This document shows positions 31,016 to 38,493 of a DNA stretch of 64,000 nucleotides, piece by piece (position 1 is the stretch's first letter; every line of letters starts with the position of its first letter). Location of the stretch: the NCBI GenBank assembly GCA_039028615.1, contig JBCCHT010000002.1, positions 384,001 through 448,000 of the forward strand. The letters are read 5' to 3'. The position numbers and the translations under genes were made by a program. The notes below the pieces were generated by a model. That model was not told the DNA's origin. It saw only the letters and a list, made by a program, of their open reading frames with translations, and did no database searches. This DNA is from Myxococcota bacterium. Its GTDB lineage: Bacteria > Myxococcota_A > Polyangia > Nannocystales > Nannocystaceae.

Positions 31016-32224
31016 CTACTCGTCCACCACGTTGATGAACATCTCCGCCAGCGCCTCGTGTCCGGCGGCCGTGGGGTGGATGCAGGTCAGGTCGAACCAG
31101 TTCTCGTTGCCTTCGCCCCGGTAGCAGACGTTGTCCGGATCCCCGGCCTTGAACCCGTGACCGCAGAATGACTCGAACATGAACACCAGGTCGGTGCCCG
31201 TCTCCGAGGCCACCCGCGCGTACTCCTCGTTGATGAGGTTGAGCGAGCCCAGCAGCAGCTCGGGGTTCTTCGGGTTGGCATCGAAGCCCGCCACGCTGGC
31301 CGCGGGACAGCTCAGCACGTCGACGGTGAAGTCGGTGTACTCGTAGACGTTGGCGTTGACCACGAACACGCCGTTGGGGAAGCGGTCGGGCTCCACCAGC
31401 CAATTGATGGCGTCTTCGTGGTGCTGGACCATCTCTTCGAGGTCGTGGAAGACATCGGCGATGGGCACGCCCGCGATCGAGTCCTGGGCGATCGATGACA
31501 CGTCGTTGCCCCCCATGGTCATGATGACCAGGGTTCGCTGATCGAAGTCCTCGACCGAGAAGCAGTCCTCCATCTGGCCCATGATGTCGTCGTTGCGAGC
31601 GCCCCAGACGGCACACGACGCAAAGTCTCCGCTCTCCTGAATGACCGAGGTCCCGCCGAAGGGGTCGAATTGCTGCCACAACGCTTGGGGTGCCTCGAGC
31701 CCGAAGCGCTCGGCCAGCTGATCGGCGACCAGGCTCCGATAGAACCCGGGCACGGGTGCGGGGGGAGTGCCCACCGTCACGGAGTCCCCCAAGAACACCA
31801 CCCGCTCGATCTCGGTGATGTCCTGGTGGTCGGTGCCCTGGCAGTGCTCGCCCACGGTCACGCCCAGCTTGGTGTAGTCGGGCCCCGGCGACTCGCCGTG
31901 CACGAACTGGTCGTTGAGGCACGCCAGCCCGCGGGGCTCCTCTTCTCCCGTGCTCGACTCCTCGCCCTCTTCTTCAGCCCCGCCCGCGGTCGTGTCCCCG
32001 TCGTCACCGTCCTGAGTGCCGCCCGGGAGGCTCGTCCCGTCGGGGGGCAGCCCGGTTTGATCGGCACCGCCGGGGTCCGTACCGCCCGTGGCTTCGCCGC
32101 CCGTCCCACCGTCGCTCGAAGAATCGGTCCCCACCGTGTCGGTGCAGCCGCTGGCGGCGAACATGGCAACCAACCCGCAGTGAAGCACAAAGACCAACGA
32201 CGAAGACGAAGTACGCAATCTCAT
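31016..32224 (-). CDS. SGNH/GDSL hydrolase family lipoprotein
   Basis: FLGDSVT (block I), WGAR (II), MGGND (III), CIHPTAAGH (V); lipobox ASGC. Confidence 0.87.
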   Translation of the reverse strand: MRLRTSSSSLVFVLHCGLVAMFAASGCTDTVGTDSSSDGGTGGEATGGTDPGGADQTGLPPDGTSLPGGTQDGDDGDTTAGGAEEEGEESSTGEEEPRGLACLNDQFVHGESPGPDYTKLGVTVGEHCQGTDHQDITEIERVVFLGDSVTVGTPPAPVPGFYRSLVADQLAERFGLEAPQALWQQFDPFGGTSVIQESGDFASCAVWGARNDDIMGQMEDCFSVEDFDQRTLVIMTMGGNDVSSIAQDSIAGVPIADVFHDLEEMVQHHEDAINWLVEPDRFPNGVFVVNANVYEYTDFTVDVLSCPAASVAGFDANPKNPELLLGSLNLINEEYARVASETGTDLVFMFESFCGHGFKAGDPDNVCYRGEGNENWFDLTCIHPTAAGHEALAEMFINVVDE

Positions 32225-32430
32225 GGGACCCCTGACTCTACTGCACAGTTCCTACCGCCAGCGCGAGCGCCCAGGTGCTACGACGCGGGGTGCTGAACCC
32301 CCTACGCCACAGCCCCGCGTTCGATCACCGAAATTGCATTCGACGAACGACCGTTGCGCTCGCGCGCACGGATTTGCGCACTTCTTGATGTGGATCCGCC
32401 CCCATGCGAAACCCTCCCGGGGATCTACGC

Positions 32431-33558
32431 GTGTCGAACGGCCGTCCATCAGCACAGCCCACGGTTTTACTGGCAGGAGGCGGCACGGGGGGCCACATCT
32501 ACCCCAACGTCGGCATCGTCGAGGCCCTACGGGCGATTCGCCCCGAGGTTCGCGTGCGCTTCTTGGTGTCCTCGCGACCGGGTGACGCCAAGATCATGAA
32601 CAACCTGGGCGAGGATTGGACGCCGAGCCCGGTCCGGCCGCTGCCCACGCTACGGCGCCCCTGGGAGGCGCTGCCCTTCGCTCGAGCCTGGCGCCGCGGC
32701 ACGGCCCAGGTCCGCCGACTCATCGCCGAACACCAGATCGCAGCGGTGGTCGCCACGGGCGGCTTCGTCTCCGGTCCCGCCATCGCCGTCGCCGCCAGCC
32801 GTGGCCTGCCGCGCGCCATGGTGAACCTGGACGGAGTCCCCGGCGCCGCCAACCGCCTGCTGGTGCGCCGCTGCTCGCAGGTCTTCACCGCCTATCCCTC
32901 GCCCAAGCTGCCGCAGGCGGAGGTCATCGGCCTGCCGCTGCGTACCGCTTCGGTGGGCGCCCCCGAGCGCACCGAGGCCCGACGGGCGCTCGACCTGCCG
33001 CCCGAGCGCCCGCTTCTGTTCGTGACCGGGGCGACCCACGGCGCCACCTCGATCATCGAGACGATGATGGCCCTGGCCAAGCGCGACGACTTCCGCCGCG
33101 CCGTCGAGCCCTGGCAGATCCTCCATCAGTGTGGAACCTACGACGTGGCCAAGCTCCAGCGGGCCTACGACGACGCGGGGATCCAAGCCCGGGCGGTCGA
33201 CTATCTGAGCGCGATGGGCCAAGCGTGGGCCGCCGCCGACATCGCATTGAGCCGAGCCGGAGCGGGCAGCGTGGCCGAGGCGTGGGCGAACGCCACCCCC
33301 ACCGTGTTCGTGCCGAACCCCTACCACCGCGATCAGCACCAGCGACTCAACGCCGAGCCGATGGCCGAGGGAGGCGCCGCGCTGATTCGAAGCGACGCCA
33401 TCGCTCCCGAGCGCAACGCGGATGACTGGGGTCCCGTGTTGCGGGAGCTTTTGGGTGATGACGAGCGTCGAGACGCGATGCGTCGCGCGGGCCGTGACAG
33501 CTGTCCTCCCGCCGGGGCTGCCGCCGTGGCGCAGTGGATCGACCGCGTCCTTCCCTGA
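32431..33558 (+). CDS. murG: MurG-like GT28 glycosyltransferase (stand-alone, outside the dcw cluster)
   Basis: AGGGTGGHIYP, TGGFVSGP, PGAANR, SRAGAGSVAE, HQRLNA. Confidence 0.85.
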   Translation: MSNGRPSAQPTVLLAGGGTGGHIYPNVGIVEALRAIRPEVRVRFLVSSRPGDAKIMNNLGEDWTPSPVRPLPTLRRPWEALPFARAWRRGTAQVRRLIAEHQIAAVVATGGFVSGPAIAVAASRGLPRAMVNLDGVPGAANRLLVRRCSQVFTAYPSPKLPQAEVIGLPLRTASVGAPERTEARRALDLPPERPLLFVTGATHGATSIIETMMALAKRDDFRRAVEPWQILHQCGTYDVAKLQRAYDDAGIQARAVDYLSAMGQAWAAADIALSRAGAGSVAEAWANATPTVFVPNPYHRDQHQRLNAEPMAEGGAALIRSDAIAPERNADDWGPVLRELLGDDERRDAMRRAGRDSCPPAGAAAVAQWIDRVLP

Positions 33559-34169
33559 GTCGGTTACGGGCTCCGCGGCCCGACGACATTGTCGGAGCCG
33601 CGATCACACCGTCGGACCACCGACGTCGTTGAACCGCAAAGCGAACGCGACCCGGGCGTTTCCGCGAAGGTTTCGTTCCGCTGTCACATTGTCACATTCG
33701 CTGACTTCGATCGTGATCAGAGCCCGTGACCCGCGGCCGTTCGCGGAAGTTTCGCTCTTCGATTCCTTTCTTTTTTCCGCGGCGCATCACCGCGAATCGG
33801 ATGTTCACGACCCACTCGATTCACGGAGTGTTTCGTTCTTCTTCGGGCGACTCGACGCACGCAATAGCTGGTAAGCGCGGCGCGGCAGACCGATTACGTA
33901 AGGCTTGCCAGCCTCGCGCGTTGACCTCCAAAGCCGGCCATGAAGTTCGTGAGGACGATGTCACCTTGGGCTCGATTTTTCGTAACCCAAAACGACCCCC
34001 AACGTGGAATGGACTGACGTCGACTCGGTTGTCGAACATCGCAACATCCCGCGCTCATGCGGGGTCGAATCAACAACCCGTGTCGAGGCCCGCGACTCTG
34101 CGGCAGAAGGCCCCTCCTTCTGCGCAGCGCCGCCGGGACCTTCACCCCTCACGCCCCCGAGACACAATC

Positions 34170-34343
34170 ATGACCAAGATCAAGCCCCTCGCCCTCCTCG
34201 TCTCCCTGACCGCCGTCACCATGCTCTCCGCCTGCAACCTCGATTTCCTCGACACGCTTCGTCCGGGTTCCGACGAGCTGTGTGCCGACATCGGTGACGG
34301 GCACTGCCCCCTGCCCCACCCTCCGGGCACTCGCGAGCCGTAG
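34170..34343 (+). CDS. Small (57 aa) lipoprotein
   Basis: MTKIKPLALLVSLTAVTMLSAC is a textbook lipoprotein signal; C/G-ending codons; two further Cys. Confidence 0.7.
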   Translation: MTKIKPLALLVSLTAVTMLSACNLDFLDTLRPGSDELCADIGDGHCPLPHPPGTREP

Positions 34344-34642
34344 TCCGTGCCGAGTCGCATGTCTCCTCGACCTCCCGGCCATCCCAAGCCCATGCCGCAC
34401 GCCGAGGACGACGAGCATCTCGCAGTCCTGCGCTGGCTCAATCGCTACGCCCTCTCCACGCGCTTCCCTCGCTGGGAGCCGCAGCCATCACCCGCCCCCG
34501 AATGCTCCCCGGGCGCGGGCAACTACGACACGGAGCCATAGTGCCCGATGGGCCCGCCATCCCCTTCAGGTAGGCCCTTCGATTCGTCCCGCCAGCGCGT
34601 CCGCAACTCCTGCGGACGCGTTGGCCCTTTTCGAATGACGGC

Positions 34643-35209
34643 TCAGTCCTTGGCGTAGACCTTGGGGTCGAGCACGCCGATGTAGGGCAGGTTGCGGTAC
34701 ACCCCGGCGTAGTCGAGCCCGTAGCCCACCACGAACGCGTTCGGGCACACGAAGCCGCGCCAGTCGACCTCGATGTTCTGCGTGCGAGTCTCTTGCTTGT
34801 CGAGGAACGCACAGACCTCGATCGAGGCCGGCTTGCGGGTCTCCAGCGCCTCCGTCAGGTAGCGCAGGGTCAAGCCGGTGTCGATGATGTCCTCGACCAG
34901 CAGCACGTGCCGCCCCTCGATGGGCTGGTTCAGATCCTTGATGAACCGCACCACGCCGGACGACTTGGTGCCGTCGCCATACGAAGACACGGACATGAAG
35001 TCGACCTCGAGCTCGATGTCCATCGCCCGCACCAGGTCGGCGATGAAGGGGAAGCACCCGTTGAGGATGCCCACCACCAGCGGCTTGCGATCGGCGTAGT
35101 GATCGGCCAACGCCTTGCCCATCTCGGTCACCTTGGCGGCGATGTCTTCGGCGGAGAACAGGACCTCGGCGATCGAGGAACCGAGCAGGGAGTCGGGCGG
35201 CGTGCTCAT
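34643..35209 (-). CDS. hpt: Hypoxanthine phosphoribosyltransferase
   Basis: VSSYGDGTKSSG, VLLVEDIIDTGLTL PRPP motif, FVVGYGLDY...YRNLPYIG. Confidence 0.97.
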   Translation of the reverse strand: MSTPPDSLLGSSIAEVLFSAEDIAAKVTEMGKALADHYADRKPLVVGILNGCFPFIADLVRAMDIELEVDFMSVSSYGDGTKSSGVVRFIKDLNQPIEGRHVLLVEDIIDTGLTLRYLTEALETRKPASIEVCAFLDKQETRTQNIEVDWRGFVCPNAFVVGYGLDYAGVYRNLPYIGVLDPKVYAKD

Positions 35210-35370
35210 GATCGAGCAGGAGTCTACCAGCCCCCAACGTGCGCCCCATGGCCTCCCACGGGAGATCTCTCGCGGTTCCGGGCTCGTCTCTCGTCACCCG
35301 CGGCCACGGCCGAGCCGCCGAAGATCGGCGAGCAAACGCCCATCCAACGACGAGCACCCGCGACCCGGGC

Positions 35371-36489
35371 TCACTTCGATGCCGAACGTAGCGCCCGCGG
35401 ACAGGAGCGACTCGGCCCCGACTCCACCGGTTTCGACAAGACGATCTGCCGTCCCGCCCGGTGGCCCTCGGAAAACGCCTCGTTGCGCCGAGCGCCACCC
35501 CGGCGGACCGACTCGGTCTTGGGATAGCGCCGTCGGAAGTAGTCCCCGAGCTCGGCCGTCGGCACCCAGATGAGCCCCTGCTCCTGGAACTGCTCGTTCT
35601 GGGCCTCGAGCTTGACCTCGAAGCCCCGCATCACCCCGGCGAGGAAGGCCTGGCGATCGCGATTGGAGCTGCGCTGGGTCTGCCGCTTGTAGTCGGCCCA
35701 AAGTCGCAGCGCGGTGGACGACAAGAACGCGTGCACGTGCTCGGCCATCAGCAGGTTCGGCTCGAGCCCGCAGATCTCCAGCACGCTGCCCCGCTTGCCC
35801 TCCAGCGGGCGGTAGACGGGAATCCACAGGCTCTCGACGAAGAAGTACTGCGACAGGATGCTGGCCAGGCGACGATCGTGCTCGAGGATGCGACCGGAGG
35901 GGCGCCCGAGGTGGCGAAAGCCATGGCGCCGATCGGGGCTCGTGGGTCGACCCGGCAGCGCCTCCTCGACCTCGATGTTGAACTTGAGCATCAGCCGCCG
36001 TGCCGCCATCGCAGCCGCCTCGGCCTCGTGCTGATTGGGGCTCTGGGCCAGCGCCAGGAGCTTGCGGATGCGGGCGACGATGCGGCTGGCGGAGTCTTGC
36101 TCGGGGCTCGCCTCCGACGGCCCCACCCGCGCCCGACCGTCGATGCCCAGGCGCTCGCACACGCTGCGGAAGATGGGCCCGTGCGGCGGCTCGTCGACGA
36201 CCAGGCACTCGTCGACGAACTGATGCGCCGCCTCGTGCTTGAGCACCTCGAGCACCTCGACCCACGGGCGCTCCAGCACCAGCGAGCGAGAGACCTCGAG
36301 GCTGCGCAGCGACCCGTTCCACTGCCCCAGCCGCTCGCGGGTATCGGACAAGCGCAGCACGGGCCGCCGCATCACGTCCTTGAACAGGGTGTAGTTGATC
36401 GAGTCCCACTCGGAGGCGAGACGCACGAGCAGCTTGGCCTCGAGCTCGACGCTGAGTTCGACACCGATCTTCGACCCGCGAGCGCTCAC
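35371..36489 (-). CDS. SprT-like HExxH metallopeptidase domain plus DUF2786 domain protein
   Basis: LKHEAAHQ...PHGPIF; RIRKLLALAQSPNQHEAEAAAMAARRLMLKFN. Confidence 0.85.
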   Translation of the reverse strand: MSARGSKIGVELSVELEAKLLVRLASEWDSINYTLFKDVMRRPVLRLSDTRERLGQWNGSLRSLEVSRSLVLERPWVEVLEVLKHEAAHQFVDECLVVDEPPHGPIFRSVCERLGIDGRARVGPSEASPEQDSASRIVARIRKLLALAQSPNQHEAEAAAMAARRLMLKFNIEVEEALPGRPTSPDRRHGFRHLGRPSGRILEHDRRLASILSQYFFVESLWIPVYRPLEGKRGSVLEICGLEPNLLMAEHVHAFLSSTALRLWADYKRQTQRSSNRDRQAFLAGVMRGFEVKLEAQNEQFQEQGLIWVPTAELGDYFRRRYPKTESVRRGGARRNEAFSEGHRAGRQIVLSKPVESGPSRSCPRALRSASK

Positions 36490-36592
36490 CGGGCACAGCC
36501 TAGCGATCCCACGCCATCACGCAAAGGGCCGCTCACGTGCACCCGGAGCCATTTCGCGGTGCTATGGTGCGGGCCGCCCCGGAGATCCCGAC

Positions 36593-36760
36593 ATGCAATG
36601 CCAAGAGTGCCACGAAGATGCCGACGATCTGACCCGGGTCAAGGTCGAAGGCAAGAACCGCAAGCTGTGCGAGGACTGCCTCGAGCTGTGGAACGAACAG
36701 CAGGAGATCGCGGCCGAGGCCGGCCGCGCGATGCGGGACATGATGGAGTACAAGGGCTGA
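36593..36760 (+). CDS. Small (55 aa) CxxC...CxxC zinc-ribbon-like protein
   Basis: MQCQECH...KLCEDC; ggaga Shine-Dalgarno upstream; typical codon usage. Confidence 0.78.
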   Translation: MQCQECHEDADDLTRVKVEGKNRKLCEDCLELWNEQQEIAAEAGRAMRDMMEYKG

Positions 36761-36775
36761 GCGGGCGGCCCTGCT

Positions 36776-38332
36776 TCAGCTCCCCAGCTGCACCAGCACG
36801 CTGGTCCGCCGCTCGCGGACGAAGTGCATCAGGCTGTACTCGATGCCGCCGTGGCCCCCGAGGTTCTGCGGGCCTGGCGGCGAGTATCCGAGTGAGCGCT
36901 CGAAGATCGTCAAGTCCTGAATGTAGTTGGGGTCGGTCTCGATCTCGGACTGCACGAGCGAGATGAACTCGGCGATCCAGGCGTTGTGCTGCTCTTCGGT
37001 GAAGTAGTCGTCGACCAGCTCCTGCACGTAGGCCCGGTACTGCTCGCGATGGGCAGGCACGTCGAAGATGCGGCGCGACAGCACGAAGTCGTGCCCGCGC
37101 TGGTTGCAGACGACCTGGTCGATGGGAAAGGTCAGCGCGTTCTGGCCACAAGGGTGCCCCGCGTAGGCCTCGTTCTGGTCCCAGGGCAGCATCATGAACT
37201 GATCGGTATCGGGGCGGTGATACAGGTAGTAGTTGTGCCCCATGCCGAGGTACCCGTCGAAGCTCGAGGTCACCACGGTGACCGCCGACAGGCGTAGGAA
37301 CGAGTCGACGTCGAAGACCTCGTCGATGGCCGCATCGAACTGCGCATCGGGAGTGTTGTTGAGCACGTCGAGGAAGTGGATGAGATCGGAGTAGTCGTTC
37401 TTCTCCGGGTCGTCCTCGTTGGTCTTGAGCACCAAGCCACACTCGTCGAAGCCGCCGGGGCAGGTGGTGGTCGACAGGTAGTCCTCGCGGTTCGGCCCTC
37501 GATACACCAGGGCCCCGATGTCCGTGTCGGTGAAGACGCCCTTGTAGAGGTTGCCGTTGCCGTTGCCGATGCCGAAGCGCTCCTCGAGGAAGCACTTGTC
37601 GATCTGCTGCACGGTGACGTAGGTGCCGTTGTCGTGGCCGTCGACGCTCACCCGCGCGTAGGCGGTCCGTGCCGCGGGGACCCCCATCGCGTTGTAGAGC
37701 CGATTGGCCAGCCGCTCCCGCATGTAGCTCAGGTCGGCCCAGTTGTTGCCGAAGTTGACCTTGTTGACGTCGTGGTAGCGCGGCCCGCCGTAGCGATCGA
37801 AATCGACCTTGAGCGGGAACTTGCCGTCGGGCGACGACACGGGTCCCAGCGGAACGCCACCCGGAGCAGAGCCGAAGCGCAGGCTCGACCAGCCCTTGAG
37901 GCGGAACCCCACGGTGGCGATGGGCTCACCATCGAAGGTCATCGCGCTCGGGTAGTAGGTCTTGGTGCTGGTCTGATCCCACTCGTCGAGCAAGGCCTCC
38001 CACGTGCCGGGCTCGGGATCGATGGTGACCTCGACGACGTGATCCTGGGGAAACACGTGGTCGAAGGCGGCGTCCCAGTCGATGGGCTCAGGGCCCCCGG
38101 TGTCGCCCGTGGCGGCGTCGCCCGTGCTGCCACCGATGCCGGTCTCGTCGACCTGCCCCTCGGTGTCGTCGGCGGGCGTGCCCGTATCGTTGCCGTCTTC
38201 GGTGCCCCCGGTGCTCGTGCTCCCGGCCGATCCGGTCCCGTCGGCATTGCCGTCGCCCTGGCACGCGACACCCGAAAGACCCAACGCCAACACGGCCCAC
38301 GGAGCGACTCGCGAAACTAACGATTCGGACAT
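36776..38332 (-). CDS. CotH kinase family lipoprotein
   Basis: VGFRLKGWSS, KFPLKVDFD, DLSYMRERLA, HNYYLY...MLPWDQNEAY; lipobox GVAC. Confidence 0.9.
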   Translation of the reverse strand: MSESLVSRVAPWAVLALGLSGVACQGDGNADGTGSAGSTSTGGTEDGNDTGTPADDTEGQVDETGIGGSTGDAATGDTGGPEPIDWDAAFDHVFPQDHVVEVTIDPEPGTWEALLDEWDQTSTKTYYPSAMTFDGEPIATVGFRLKGWSSLRFGSAPGGVPLGPVSSPDGKFPLKVDFDRYGGPRYHDVNKVNFGNNWADLSYMRERLANRLYNAMGVPAARTAYARVSVDGHDNGTYVTVQQIDKCFLEERFGIGNGNGNLYKGVFTDTDIGALVYRGPNREDYLSTTTCPGGFDECGLVLKTNEDDPEKNDYSDLIHFLDVLNNTPDAQFDAAIDEVFDVDSFLRLSAVTVVTSSFDGYLGMGHNYYLYHRPDTDQFMMLPWDQNEAYAGHPCGQNALTFPIDQVVCNQRGHDFVLSRRIFDVPAHREQYRAYVQELVDDYFTEEQHNAWIAEFISLVQSEIETDPNYIQDLTIFERSLGYSPPGPQNLGGHGGIEYSLMHFVRERRTSVLVQLGS

Positions 38333-38379
38333 CGGGGCCGAGAGTAGCAGTCCTGCCGCAACCACGGAGCAATTCACCG

Positions 38380-38395
38380 TGGCACGTTCCTTACA
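38380..38395 (+). promoter_or_regulatory. Candidate sigma-54 (-24/-12) promoter for the DUF4139 gene
   Basis: TGGCACG-ttcc-TTACA: exact -24 box and correct spacing; -12 box TTAC deviates from TTGC; about 100 bp upstream of ATG 38494. Confidence 0.4.
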
Positions 38396-38493
38396 CATTC
38401 AACCGACGGTGAGCTCGGCCCTCCACCCGGCGCCAACCTGTCAGCGCGAACACCACCGTGCGTTGTCGGGAACGTCGCCTCCGGAAAAGCCCC

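Noticed and set aside
33726..34169. N-terminal 148 codons of the 205-aa ORF
   Set aside because: Atypical composition; the lipoprotein signal begins at ATG 34170, so the upstream part is treated as non-coding
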